This document shows, piece after piece, positions 23,301-36,432 of a stretch of DNA of 64,000 nucleotides. The position numbers and the translations under genes were made by a program. This DNA comes from Blepharisma stoltei ATCC 30299. Taxonomy: Eukaryota; Protista; Ciliophora. The number at the start of each line of letters is the position of its first letter. Within the stretch, counting starts at the first letter, position 1. The DNA is taken from positions 186,001 to 250,000 of the forward strand of contig CBFDEM010000020.1 in assembly GCA_965603825.1 (NCBI GenBank). The letters are read 5' to 3'. The notes beneath the pieces were generated by a model. It worked only from the letters and a program-made list of their open reading frames with translations, made no database searches and was not told where the DNA came from.

Positions 23301-26300
23301 CTGAGAGTTGCTAGTAAGGTCTTCAGAATAGAAGCATTGAAACTTAAGATTGCACGAGTCTGCTGTAGGATAAAACCCAGTTGTAGGGATAGATTGGACA
23401 ATCACTGTCTTATTTTTAGGAACTAGTGTACAGTTATCCATCAATTCAAGCAGCCTAAACAAATAAATTTTACTTCCGAAATACTCACAGTTCATAAAAA
23501 AAGGCAGCCATGGCATCACAAATGTTTGAATATCATAATTTGTCCAAAAAGTGCTGTCAAATGGAGGCGAAGTGACTGGATACGTCCCATTCCACTCCTC
23601 ATCATTGCTAACATCTATTAATGGCTCCCTTTCTGAGCCTTTATCAGTGACTTCTATCAAATTATAAGGCAAGGTCGTGCTTGAAAAATCGTTGACATAG
23701 AGTATTGCTCCAAAGCTGGAGTCAGTTCCTAATATAGCTCTGGATGGCTCACATTCAGTGATATCTACTGTATTTTCAAGTTGGCTAATAATAGGATTAA
23801 ACAATGCATTGTGGAGACTCATAGAGACAGAGACAGACTTCACAGATGGAGAATAGTTCATGATAGAAATAGTAAAATTACGGTGAAAATCAGCAGAAGA
23901 GGAACTGAAATAACCAGGCATTGAAAGCAAAGAGCCTGAACTGTCTTTTAAAGCAATGGAGAAATGAGAGTTGTACTTGAACCTAGAGTCAACTTTTCTA
24001 AGATCAAAATCAAGCAAAAGCAGCTTCATTGGCTTTATTTCATAAACAGGGATGCCATCATCGAGCATCCTTGTGGTTAAGTTTGTGAAAGATTTAAGGG
24101 GGTTAATAGCTTTTACAACATAAGTTGCTCCTATTGATTCGCATTGTCCGACGCATTCTGCTCCTATGCTGCTTGTGGTTCCCTCAGGGCAAAGCTGGCT
24201 TGTGTAGCTACTTAATATTTCTGCAGGCAGCAGCTTGTTTTCTGCACATTCTTCGAATTCTGGAATCGTATATGTCTTGCAGCTGTCACTGGTTGTATTG
24301 CAACTAGCTTCGCCGCAGCAATCTACATTAGCACTTTCTTTGGAATCTATTATTGCAGTATAATTCACCTGTGAAATATACTCGTATTCTCCTTTTTCAT
24401 TTAAAGTAGCATTAGTACCTGCAGGACAATAATATCCAGCTAAGCATTCATGCTGGTGAGCAGATCCTGAAGGAGTTCCTTCTGGACAGTAATACCCGGG
24501 GTCACATATTTCATAATCAGCAACAACACTAGTCCCTGTGCCACAATAATACCCAGCAGGGCATTTACTGTTCTGCAGTGAGTAGCTTGTAGTTCCTTCT
24601 TTGCATATATACCCTTCTGGACATACAGAGGCTTGTGAAAGACTGGTCATCCCTTGTTGCAAACATACGATTCCTGCAGGGCATATGCTGCACTGGCTCT
24701 CTGCTTGGAGGCCTTCTTTATCTGACCAAGTCCCTTGAGGACATAATTCACAATAAATTTCATTTGGGTCTGCTTCTCTATAAGTCCCTTTGGCACATAT
24801 AGTTGGGACGATTGTTCCTTCACTTGAGCAATAATACCCTGCTGGACACACTGAGCATGATTTAGCTGAGGTAGTGTTTGAGTATCGCCCTGGGCTACAT
24901 TTGGTAGGAATTGTGTTGCCAGTGTTTTGGGAATATTCGCCTGGATTGGTAGGAACTGGAGTAACTGACCCTTGTGGGCAGTAATAACCTTCTGGGCATG
25001 GATATTCTACAGGGTTTTTAGTCCCAATCGGGCAATATGTACCTTCAATGCATGTCTGTGGATGAGTTGCATCACCATCTAAAATTGTCCCACTTTGGAT
25101 ACCTTCAAGGCAAAATGAGCCTCCTGGGCATAAAATTGGCCCATTTGTTGCACCAGGAGTTTCATTATTTGTACCAACTAAGCAGTAAGAGCCTGCTGGG
25201 CAGACAGAATTTGGGTTAGGACGTCCTCTGATAGAGCATACATTTCCAGCTGGGCATGTAGTTTGAGCCACACTTGTGGAGTTCGGACAAATTTTTCCTA
25301 TATCGCAGGGATAACATTCAACCAGTTTGACACTTGGATTATAAAAACCTGGAAGGCAGCCTTCAGGGATATCAAGTCCAGTATTTGGGCAGTAGTGACC
25401 TATAGGACAATCATATGCACTTCCAAATATACAATATCTTCCTGCTGGACATTCTCCAGACCCATATGGGGTTAATGAGCTTCCAGAGTTGCATTGATAC
25501 CCACTTCTGCAGTTTTGTGGTGCTCTAAAGTCAAAAATAACAATGCTTCTAGGGGAATAAGCTCTTGGGCCACACCAGGAGCCAGTAACACATGCCACTG
25601 CTTTGTTTTTAGAGCATGCATATCCTGCTGGGCAGCTTGTTAGACTTGATAGCATTGATAACCCAGAAGACGAGCACAAATATCCTCCAGGACAGTTTGC
25701 AGGTGAGCTGAGGCTTGTGCTAGGACAATAATAGCCTGAATCACAACTGCTGCAAGAGGTTGCAGATGCTTTATTGGAATAAGTGCCAGGTCCACATGGT
25801 ATTGGAACTGTAAGATCAGCAGCTGGGCAATATGTTCCGGGCGGACAGGCAGACATAGAATATAAGCTTGTAACCGGACACACATAGCCAGTTTTGCATT
25901 CTCCTAGAAAAGTAAATGAAAGCGCCGTAACTTTTTCTAAATAATTAAATGATATATCAATTGAATAAGTTCCTGAGGGATGTGTTGGCACTTGAAAAAC
26001 TGTATTTTGGGTGCTTGCAGATATGAAATTTGTGATTGAAATTAGTCCTACCTTTACAACTACAGGACTGACTACAGAACTATAAGTAATATTAGCTTGT
26101 GGGCTTTGTCTGTTATAAGCTTGGCTTGGAGTAATGCTGCTAAATGTAGGGATTTGGATATATTGGAAAACCAGCTGATTAGAAAAGTCGATCATATTGT
26201 TGAATGAGACTGAAAGATTGCTGTTTGCAGCTGCCGATTTAGATGGGTTTGTGCAGATTACACTTGTGGTTGACACGTACAGTCCTGTTGTTTTAGCTGT

Positions 26301-28043
26301 GTCATATTGACAGTAGATTTTTTCTGAATACACAAAATTTGTACCAAAAATTGTCAGAGTAATCCCACCTGTTAAAAATCCAAAAGAAGGGGTAACAGAA
26401 GTAATTACAGGAGTTACAAAGACGTCTATATATGCAGTAGAAGGAGAATAGTTCTGAGAGTTTAATGAGACTTCAACAATGCTTTTTCCAGTAATAGCTA
26501 AGCCATTAGGTAAAGTAAAACTAGCTGCTGTCGAATTAATATAATTTGCATTATAAGTTTCTCCATTCACTAGGGCAGTAATTAGTCCAGTATTAGTAAA
26601 CCCAGTCCCTATAACAGTAAAAGTTCGGCTTTTAGTTTCATTTGTAATGAGCCTTGGGGAGACAAACGATAAAGTGATTTCTGTGTAATATGTAAAAGTC
26701 GCATAGGATTCATAGTCAAAATCATTACTACTGATGTATAGCTTAAAAGAATTTGTATTTAATACTGAATAAGGAGGTGTGAGACAGTAATAATGATTTG
26801 AATTTATTGTAACTTGAACTTTATAGCTGGATCCAAACCTACAAAAGGCTGTAGAAGAGTCATATAATGATGTATTGACCAGAACATTTGTACCTCCTCC
26901 TAATGGGCCAAGGGCAGGAGAAATATTGTTGACAATTTCTGAAGCTCTATATGTGTAGGATCCTACAGTATAATAATCTTGCCCATTCAAAGTAAATTTC
27001 ACAGTTACTTGTCCAGATGCATGAGAAGGACTCACACATTTAATTGACCACTGAGAAATATAGGTTGCTGAAACTTTAGAGCTATCAAACATACAGAAAA
27101 GGGTATCATAAGGCTTAAAGCCAGATCCTTTTATATAAACATCAGTTCCACCTAATAGAGTTCCTTGGTTTGGACTAATTTTGCTAAAAGTGATATTATA
27201 ATCATAAACAAACTCTCTGCCAAAGCTCCCAAAATCAATTGCATTCAGACTGATACTTAGCTTGATTTTTACATTTCCGCTATATGTAGGGCTTAAGCAC
27301 GTAAAATTCGACGAATAAATACTATAAGGCGTAGATAAAACATCCCCAAATTTGCACATAGGGGTGTAGCTTGATAAGCCCTTATATAAAAAAATCACTA
27401 CCTCTGTGCTCCCAGAAACAGGGCCATGATACTGAGAAACAGTAAAATTCTGCAAATAATCCCAATATGATGACAAATAGTTAAAAGTGAGTCCTGTATC
27501 TGAATATTGTTGTCCATTTCTCGATATATAAATTGGCACTGGATTAGAAATCCCAGGCTCTAATGCTAATAAATCAGGATATGGAGGAAGTTCACATGTC
27601 ATAGTAAGCGAATCTATAAAAGTTCCTGACGAAATATAAGTCCCAAGCTTACAAAATAATAAGTCAGTATTTGTGATTGTTGTTTGAAACCCTATTGTAA
27701 TGGTATGATATTCAATTTCACTACCTGAAGATGGGCTGATTGCTGTAATTATAGGTGTTGGGTAATAAAGAAATTGTTGAGAAGCTGTTGTGTAGGAAAT
27801 TCCGTCAGTTGTTACAGCAAAATTTGTATTTCCGGAACTCGGAGGAGATTCGCATAAAATTGATGTGATATTTATGTAGGTTACACTTGTGCTGTCTAAA
27901 GACCCAAAGACGCAGGTAAGAGATGATGTAGGGATAAAGTAGAAGTCCTGGGCTGTAACAATAGTGCCTCCTCCTTCTGGTCCGAGTAAAGGAGAAAATT
28001 TTAGACCTATAGCATGGCTTATGATTACAAAAATTCATATCAT
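20349..28043 (-). CDS. Giant secreted-type multipass membrane protein: IPT/TIG repeats, GCC2_GCC3-type Cys repeats, about 9 TM helices, 2564 aa
   Basis: One frame from ATG 28043 (signal peptide MIWIFVIISHAIG) to TAA 20349 with only three TGA (28035, 21573, 21459). Repeated xSPxxGxxxGGTxVxIxG (IPT), many CPxGxYC units, hydrophobic helices, cytosolic tail with CESC...CFNC. Confidence 0.88.
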
Positions 28044-28182
28044 TTATATGTGCAAAAATGTCAGAAATTCACCTTAGCAAGACTGCTAATTCAATTTAAA
28101 CTGCCCGAAAAGTTATGGCTAATACATTAAACATAAAATTCCTAAATGAAATCATATGGCTCTCTAATAATAAAACTTGGAA

Positions 28183-29364
28183 ATGGATGGAGCAAATATA
28201 CACCCAGAAATTGCTGATCTTTATCCTGAGCTTATTCAAATAAGAAGAGAGCTTCATCAGCACCCAGAGCTCATGTTTGATTTGCCACGGACAAGTGCTT
28301 TTGTAGCATCCTATCTTCAAGCATTAAACATTGAAGTCCACACTGGAGTCGGAAAATCAGGAGTTGTAGGCGTAATCAGAGGAGAAGGTCCTTGCATTCT
28401 ATTAAGAGCTGATATGGACGCTCTTCCGATTACTGAATTAATAGAATCTGACTATAAGTCTACAACCCCAGGCAAAACTCATGCATGTGGCCATGATGCT
28501 CATATGGCAATGCTTTTAGTCGCTGCAAAAGTGATTTCAAGACATCGCGACAGGCTCAAAGGGAGCATCAAGTTCATGTTTCAGCCTGCAGAAGAAGGCG
28601 GCCATGGAGCCAGATTTATGAGAGACGATGAAAATTACCCTGTCCTTGATGCTGAACCTCGAGTTGATGAAGTCTATGGTATTCATATGGGAAACCAAGT
28701 AAATTTAGGTGACTTCAATTTATCAGAAAAATTCATGTCAACTTATTCAGATTTCTTTGATATTGAAGTAAAAGGAAAAGGAGGCCACGGGTCTTCGCCT
28801 CATTTGTGTAATGATCCTATTATTTCTGCAGCAGAACTTATTGTTGCGTTACAGACAATTATTTCGAGAAATGTTAATACCAAGTTTAAATCAGTTTTGT
28901 CTGTCACTACAATTCATGGAGGGGAAACATATAATGCAATTTCTGATTCCTGCAAGTTAACTGGGACTATTAGATCTTATGAAACTGAGGTAAGAGATTT
29001 ATTAATCAAAAGAATTAATGAAATTTGTAATGGATTGTCTGTTGCGAATAATATTTCAATTGTTTTTACTTTGCATCCATTATATGGACCAATTGTTAAC
29101 GATCCAACTTGTATTCAGAAAACTGAAGCAGTGTTTAGAAAAATTTGCCCAAATGCTAATAGAGAGATGGATAGCCCGATGATAGGTGAAGATTTCGCTT
29201 ATTTAACTGATGTGAGGCCAGGCTGCTTTTATATGCTAGGATGCTCTACAACTGAGAAAACAGCTCCACTTCATTCTCCAAACTTCACTTTTGATGAGAG
29301 ATCGATGATGATTGGTGCTTCTTTTTGGGTTCAGCTGGTTCAAGATGAGCTTTTTAAGAACTAA
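28183..29364 (+). CDS. M20D family amidohydrolase (hippurate hydrolase / IAA-amino acid hydrolase-like)
   Basis: RRELHQHPEL, LRADMDALP, HACGHDAH, FQPAEEGG, GKGGHG, GEDFAY, LHSPNFTFDE; first ATG at 28183. Confidence 0.93.
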   Translation: MDGANIHPEIADLYPELIQIRRELHQHPELMFDLPRTSAFVASYLQALNIEVHTGVGKSGVVGVIRGEGPCILLRADMDALPITELIESDYKSTTPGKTHACGHDAHMAMLLVAAKVISRHRDRLKGSIKFMFQPAEEGGHGARFMRDDENYPVLDAEPRVDEVYGIHMGNQVNLGDFNLSEKFMSTYSDFFDIEVKGKGGHGSSPHLCNDPIISAAELIVALQTIISRNVNTKFKSVLSVTTIHGGETYNAISDSCKLTGTIRSYETEVRDLLIKRINEICNGLSVANNISIVFTLHPLYGPIVNDPTCIQKTEAVFRKICPNANREMDSPMIGEDFAYLTDVRPGCFYMLGCSTTEKTAPLHSPNFTFDERSMMIGASFWVQLVQDELFKN

Positions 29365-29903
29365 CTCAAAAATTTCTCTATAATCTATAATTATGTGCTC
29401 TACTCCAATTCTTCAAGATTTTTTGATTCAAAGTTTATCTTCAAGAGCACCAGCAACATTATATATTAATAAAAACTGTATTTAAAAGCTTTAGATGTAG
29501 GATTCTGCGTACTTATCGAAAAGCAACAGCTATGATATAACTTTATTTCAAATCTTTTTTTGGAGCAGATGATCTAAATCTTCACTTTGCTGAGCTGCAC
29601 CTAAGCCTTTTTTGGGTAAATAACGACTTAATAGTTTTAGTTTTATGAGCATCGTTAATTAATGCTCATAATTTAAACTTTTTGGCAATAAAGAAGCCAA
29701 ACTGCGAATCGAAAAATAAAATTTGCAATTAGATTGGTAGAACTGAGCTAATTTAATGGTATAAATAATTTTTTTGAACAGACTACGGAATTAATTTTGA
29801 GCCTGATAACTTTCCCCGGGCTTAAATTGATAAAAATTATTTTCTTACAATAAATATTTAGTCAATAAATTTACTAGGAGTAATTCTTAAAACCTACTAT
29901 TAA

Positions 29904-31118
29904 ATGCATAATAATTTCTTATTAAAACATCAAATCTTAATGAAAAGCTCTACAAGCTATGATGCTATCTCAAATCAATTTCTTTCTTTTGACAGAGCTA
30001 TTACTGCTCCTTTATCAACTTCAAAATCTATCTCATCATTTCGTCCCTATACCAGCTATCAAAATAACCGAGTATTTAAAAGAAATTCTATCAAGCCTCT
30101 AAATCCTTTCCCTATAATCCACTCACCTCGACGAGCAATGGAGCTTGAACTAACGACTACAATTCCAAGCCTAGAAATAAAAAAAAAGCAAAGCACAATT
30201 GGTAATATCCTCAGTTCCATAAACAGAGAGCAACGTTTAAAAACAGCAGAACTTTTAAGTTCAAGAAAAAACCCTGAGCCAGTTATAGAAAAAAATGATA
30301 GCTTTTTTGAAAGGTATGAGCCAAAAAAAAACAAATTCACACACAAGCTGGTCGGTGATATAAAGCTTCCAAGAAAATATTTTCATTTGACATCCAATGA
30401 CCAAGATTTAAAAATCATCAATATTAACCAAAAATCGCAGACATTACAGAATGTGTCTTATGAAGTAAAAATACCTAAGCTTGAAGGAATCAAAAAAGAC
30501 GAAAAAGCGAGAAAATTGGATATGAAAAAAAGAGCTTTAACAGCTATTAGGCATTTTAATCAGATGAAGCTAAATGCGTATGCTGTATCAAAGCTAAGCG
30601 AAGTCATGCCAAAAGAGCCTTATTGCCAGCCAAAAAGCAAGGAATTTATAATGGCTTGCAAGCTAGGAGAAATTGATGACATTCAAAGACTTTTGCATGC
30701 CAACCGATGGTTAGCTCATGCATTTGATACTGCTCGGCAAACAGGCTTACATTGAGCTGCTAGAAGAAATTTCATAAAAATTATAGACTTGCTAATAAGT
30801 TACGGGACATATATAGACGCAAAAGATATGGTATGGTTTATCTAGGCAGGTAGAACTCCATTATTTTTAGCAGTGAAAAATGGGAATTCAGAAGCCGTGA
30901 CAGTGTTTATCACGAAAAAATCAAACCCATTTATAAAGACAAGGGCTGGAAATTCAATTGATTCTGTGGCTTCTGCTTTTCCAATACGGCATTTGGTTTT
31001 TAAGACGAAAGCCAAAGTTTATGTGAAAAAGTTTGTAATTAGCCCTGAAGAAAATGATTTTGAAAATACGGAAAGCATAGTAGATAACCGAAAACCGTTG
31101 GTGCAGTTTAGTTTATAA
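29904..31118 (+). CDS. Ankyrin-repeat protein
   Basis: TGLHW(TGA 30753)AARRN; 15-nt intron 30831-30845 gives DAKDM-AGRTPLFLAVKNG. Start could also be 29940. Confidence 0.83.
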
Positions 31119-31268
31119 ATAAGCACGATAGTTAATTTAACTATTTTTATTATTTTCGCCCTTCAACTTGTTGTGGGATCTTTTTATTAGTTGACTGTCC
31201 ATTTTTATTCTGAACGATTATAAAATAAAATATTACACGAATAATTTAATTATAATTATCATCTTAAA

Positions 31269-31808
31269 CTAAGACCGAAAGATATCCGCAAAAAATTGGG
31301 AAGGCTTTATTGGTGTTTGCTCTTTATCAGTAATTGGAATAGAATTTTTATTTGTTGACGGCTGGAATATTTTTTTAAGTAAAGGATCTTCAAACCTCTC
31401 TGGGTTACTCATAATATCTGATGCTAGATTTCCAAGAGAAAATTTCATTGATAGTGGAATTTCTTGAAAAGTTGAAGAGCATGAAGACATTTCATTAGCA
31501 TAATCTCGAATTTTCTTGATTTCTTTTCTGCACTTTTCTATACTTTCTGTTAAAACTTCAATATTGTCTTCTGATTCTGGCAGCTTTGTCTTTAAAATGA
31601 ACTCAATTTCTTTGACTTGAACGAATTTTGAGTAATTTTCTGGAGTAAATGGAGGGATTTCTAAAATTTCACGGAGCTCTTGTTCTGCACTTGTCAGGCA
31701 TTGTATTAATGAAATACGATCATTGCATAGTAAAATATCATCTGATATTTGTTCCCACCATTTGTAAATCTGATCTTTGCTGCATACGTCGAAAAGAGAT
31801 AAGTTCAT
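31269..31808 (-). CDS. Hypothetical protein
   Basis: 179-codon ATG-TAG ORF. Confidence 0.65.
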   Translation of the reverse strand: MNLSLFDVCSKDQIYKWWEQISDDILLCNDRISLIQCLTSAEQELREILEIPPFTPENYSKFVQVKEIEFILKTKLPESEDNIEVLTESIEKCRKEIKKIRDYANEMSSCSSTFQEIPLSMKFSLGNLASDIMSNPERFEDPLLKKIFQPSTNKNSIPITDKEQTPIKPSQFFADIFRS

Positions 31809-31922
31809 TTTATTTGTGAGATTTTTGAATCAATTAAAATCTATTTATTGAAGATTTTATATTGAGCTAGATAAATTAAAAGGCAAATACTTTATTTATT
31901 ATTGCATTAATGTAAAGAATAC

Positions 31923-32423
31923 TTATATTATGATATTAACATTATTCAAATTTTCACTTGATAAAAATTCAATATAATCTTCATACATTAGGAATTTTTT
32001 ACTTTCTTTGATGTCATACATAATAAAATCTTTATAATCTGACTCATTTCATAATATTCCGCTGTCTCTTAATATTTTCTTAAAATCGCTCAAAGGAATA
32101 TAGCCTTTATTCAGGTTATCAATTACTTGAAATGCAGAAAGCAGCAGATTTTTGTCCTCAAAATTAATTTGTCTGCTTAAGAGTGGCTCCAGCATATACC
32201 TTTCAAAATCTTTATACCTAATAGAATTTTGAGTTTTATTGCTGGTAATTTTTGGGACTATTTCTCTGATTTCATTATCATTTGGAAATTGTCCAAAAAG
32301 ATTTAATAGTTTTTTTAGTTCTGCAGGAGTTATTACCCCTCTTTTCCTTTTATCAACTTTCTTAAATGCATCATCTAAAAGTTTTTTAAAACTTTCAATA
32401 TTTTCCCTTATTTGATTTATCAT
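31923..32423 (-). CDS. Calmodulin-like EF-hand protein, EFCAB2/DRC8-like
   Basis: AFKKVDKRKRGVIT..EL, LFGQFPNDNEI, LLSAFQVIDNLNKGYI; TGA 32049 as Trp extends to TAA 31923-31925. Confidence 0.72.
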
Positions 32424-32746
32424 ATTTTATATATAAATATTGCATTGAATTGATTTTATCCTTTTATCTATGAGCTAAATAGTCTTAAACGCTTTAAAAA
32501 ATAAAGCATATCATTAAATCTATTTTCATCTATGCAAAATACTGATGAATTTCTCTCTCTATATCTCTTTTTTATTTATTATTTGCATCTATTCCTCTGC
32601 TAAACTTCTTTTTTTCCATACTTAGTTCTGTTATTATTTCAAGTAAATTTGATTTTTGTATCCCTCAAATTGTCCAATTCAAAAAGTTTATATCATTTAT
32701 ATAAGAAAAATTAATTTAAGAAATATTTAAAAAGTTATCTGAATAA

Positions 32747-34234
32747 TTACAGTCGCCCTTTCTTGAGATAAAGCAATCTCGTGATGACAACTTGGAATTC
32801 AAGTGATGAAAATAGAGTTTTCATATGATAAGATAAATCAAGATCTTGAAGTGACTTCAATATGAAAAACTCTTCGAGGTTATTTTCTTCCAAAATCATA
32901 AATGCTCTTTTATCGTTCACTATCTTAATTCTATATTTTTCTAGTATCATATTATATTCAAGGTCAATATCCAATACAGTTCCTTCAATGTTAACAGTGC
33001 CTTTATGCACAAGGCTATCAAACATCGCAAACTGGGTTTTGTCACTATCAGGCAGCTTTATTTCTCTGGGACTTTCACAATCTTCATTATGGCTGAAGTG
33101 ATATAAAAACTTTTCAATATCCCATGGCTTTGGTTTAAAAGCTAAATATGGTTTAGAGTCTTCTTGAGATCGTAGTACAGTTAAATTCTCATGTAAATAC
33201 GAAGAAATCATATATAAATTTTTGGATAGAAATAGATGCTTTAAGCCTTCATCATCTACATTTATTGATAAGCTGTCATAAAAGTTAGGATCATCAGTTT
33301 CTATTTTGATATTTTGGCCATTCAAGCTCAGCTTCAGGAAAACTCTGTGTCTTCTTCAGCATTTAGGCTTAAAGAGAAGCTTTATATAATTGTTTGGATT
33401 TGGATTAAACTCAAGCGAAAGCTCGTCTTCCCTATAAAGTAAACTTAGTTTTGGGTACAAATTTCTTCTTAGTTCTTTCAATAAGAATTTTTTTCCAATT
33501 TTTAAGCTCTGCATTTTGAATCCAGAATTTATTTGCAAAAACACTGCATTTCTAAAATCTTTTGGATAAACAGTAATTTCTATGCTGAAATCTTCATTCA
33601 GCTTAACAAGTGCGATGCATACACTTCCAGAAATATCAAGCGTATCCATTAAAATATTTTCCTGCTCTTCTTCGTCTTCAATATTATTCTCATCTTCTGA
33701 TTCATCAGGCTCGAATTTTTCATTATTTAAGGTAATCAATCCTAATTGCAAATAATCAAATAATTCTTTTTCAAGGGTGATTCTTTCATAGGCAGATTCA
33801 CTCATTTTAAGAAGCTCCGTGCTAAGCTGTTTAATTTCTGAAATTCTTGCTCTCATGCAGTACTTATGGTCAAATTTATCTTCATAAGTTCAGAGATCTT
33901 TCAAAACCTCCAATTTTTCACTTTTAAGCCTATTGACAACAGTTTCTAAGTCTTCTTTTTGGCCGTCAGTAGGAGCGTCTGAGCCATCCTTCCTATAAGC
34001 TGTTAAGTTTTTCCTAATATTAAAGACAGTTTCAGTTGGTTTGCTACTTGTATCAGAAATGCTCTGAATGGGTTCTTCTTGTTTTGATTCTTGCAAGTTT
34101 GTTTTAAGGTGTTTTTGTAACAAACTTTTATCAAAAACAAACTTTTTTTTGAAAAGCGGCTGCAGCTGTTTTTCATGAGGGATTCGGTTGAGCTTGGAGT
34201 CATTATAAAATGAAAGAAGATGATTCTTTTGCAT
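32747..34234 (-). CDS. Hypothetical protein, 495 aa
   Basis: Three track ORFs share one frame, separated only by TGA (33890, 33356); first ATG at 34234. Confidence 0.72.
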
Positions 34235-34286
34235 ATTTATTAAAAAATTTATAATCAAATTGTGATAAATAAATCACAATTGAAAA

Positions 34287-34649
34287 TTATCTTGGCATTC
34301 TGCTTAAAAGCTTCGCACTTTCAAGCCAAGGCTCTAACCGAATTGGCTTTGAACTTCTTTTTAGTCTTGGAAATGCCATTCTTGACTTGCTGATTATATT
34401 TTTATAACTTGGGGTTAAATTTGGCAGGGTCGGAGTTTGGCTTCTCAAGTTTATTTTTGTATTCGGACTATGTGATTTCCTCCTATAAAAATATTCTTGC
34501 TTTTTCTGATTTTCATTAAAAATCGGAAGAAGATTAAATTTCCGTTTTTTAGGTGGCGGGGTTTGCGTGGACTGATCTTGTAGACGATTAAAAGGCCCTG
34601 ACCTAATACTAACAAGTGTAATCCCATCAAGCATTTGATCTGCACTCAT
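34287..34649 (-). CDS. Small basic hypothetical protein
   Basis: 120-codon ATG-TAA ORF with NLS-like PPPKKRK. Confidence 0.55.
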   Translation of the reverse strand: MSADQMLDGITLVSIRSGPFNRLQDQSTQTPPPKKRKFNLLPIFNENQKKQEYFYRRKSHSPNTKINLRSQTPTLPNLTPSYKNIISKSRMAFPRLKRSSKPIRLEPWLESAKLLSRMPR

Positions 34650-34703
34650 TTCTCTTTTAAAAATTATGACATTATTACTCCTAAAAACTAGATAAAAATA
34701 TTA

Positions 34704-35219
34704 TTAAAAATTATTTAAAACATGCTCCATTTCGTCTTCATCAATAATTTCCATATCTTTTTCGTCTTTTAGCTGCTTATTTCCTGCGATTTTAAACCCA
34801 AGAGAAAGTCTAGTTAATGGATCATCTTTTAAATGAACTCTTTCTGTCACGATTTTTAAATAGTTTATTTCGTCAAATAATAAATATTTGCCTGTTTGAG
34901 AAAGCTGAGCTTCTTCTGCGAGACTGTTGATTTCTCTCATATCGTAGTTAAGAAGGTCGGAAACTGAAGCGGGAACACTTTTTATTTTTCTTATGGAAAT
35001 TGGGTCAGAGTATATGCGGCGCAAAATCATGTCAAGGGTATGCTCACCTGATTGGGCATTATATGGGGCTCGAGCGACTTCGAGAAAATGAACATTGGAT
35101 GGAGAGTCTTGTAGATGATCTTCTAGGCATAGATAGCAGAGAGAGATAGAAGTACAGATACAAAATACATTTGAGGAGTTTTGGCAGTTTTGGCCTTGGC
35201 ATATCCCGAACTTTTCCAT
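34704..35219 (-). CDS. Protein with N-terminal B-box-like Zn finger
   Basis: CQGQNC...FCIC...LCYLCLEDHL...H, same pattern as the 14398 gene. Confidence 0.68.
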   Translation of the reverse strand: MEKFGICQGQNCQNSSNVFCICTSISLCYLCLEDHLQDSPSNVHFLEVARAPYNAQSGEHTLDMILRRIYSDPISIRKIKSVPASVSDLLNYDMREINSLAEEAQLSQTGKYLLFDEINYLKIVTERVHLKDDPLTRLSLGFKIAGNKQLKDEKDMEIIDEDEMEHVLNNF

Positions 35220-35401
35220 GGGGGGATTTATAATAATTATTTTGATCAGTTTTTAAAAGCAGCCAGTAAGAGTTTTTATAGGCTCTGTATATGATTATTT
35301 TTAAACCCAGGAATTTTTGTTTGCTATCATAAAATCCAAATACGTTTTCAAAGCTTTATTGAAAAAGTCTCATAAATTTCAAAAACCACTTCTCTATAAA
35401 T

Positions 35402-36403
35402 ATGGAAAAGAAAAAATTGCCCATCCCTCCTCCAGACCGACGCACTCATCCGAAGAAAAAAGTGATATCTTCTTCAATGGCAGAACTCATGCTCAGACAA
35501 ATAGATCAATTGCGTAAAACAATTGCTGATTTTTTCATCATTCCATCAAGAATCAATTTGAGATTAAATTATTCAGAGTTACCTAACTCTGTTAATATTT
35601 TATTATTTGGCCCATCCGGTTCAGGAAAATCTTCCCTAGTAAGAACTCTTTATAGAGCTCTACATAACACTGTTCAACTCCCAGCAGAAATTCGGCACAA
35701 GCTTGTAGTAAAAGGTTCAGCTAGAAACGAAGGAACAACGGTATATACAACAGTACTCCTTAAAGAAGAAACTCAATACCCAAAGCCTACAAGCGGCATC
35801 AAAATCCACGACACACGAGGCCAAATCTGAATGGACAACCATGAGCAAGCCCAAGCTGACTTGATATTAGATGGAAAAGTCAAAGACATGGCAAGAGTCG
35901 AGCAAAGGTCAACAAGATACGCTTATAAATTATGGGAATTCTGGAAAAGCGAATCACAGTTGTTCCCCACAGAAATTTTAAAAGAACATCCAACCCTATC
36001 TGATAAACCGCATTGCTTATTATTTGTTTTTGATGGAAGTTTAGAAGAAATTCCTAATGGGGAAGAAGAGACACTTTTTTATAGAGAAATCATGCAGCTT
36101 GCAAGAAGTAAAGGATATTTTTATCCTCAAATTGTCCTTACACATATTGATAGGGTGGAAGATAAATCTAAGGCTGAAGAAGAGCTTAGAGAAATCTTGG
36201 ATATGAAAATTGAAGGTGTTGTTATGAAACTCGGAATCCCCAGAAGTAGTGTTCATTTTATTGAAAATTATCATGATGATCAGAACGAGCCTGATTTAAA
36301 TGTGGATTTTCACGTGCTTAGATTACTGCATGAATCTGCACAGCAAGGAGAATCTTATTTGCAAAGTCAGCTGAAGGAGAAGTCCGCTTGCGAAATTCAA
36401 TAG
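35402..36403 (+). CDS. IFI44-like P-loop GTPase-fold protein with C-terminal CaaX (CEIQ), 333 aa
   Basis: NILLFGPSGSGKSSL, HDTRGQIW(TGA 35828), HCLLFVFD, IVLTHID, IENY. Confidence 0.72.
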
Positions 36404-36432
36404 ATAATTATTAAATGGGTCATTTCTTATAA

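Noticed and set aside
29643-29671. 10-bp inverted repeat (similar short ones at 4611-4631 and 34259-34282)
   Set aside because: Short AT-rich palindromes are expected by chance, with no supporting context.
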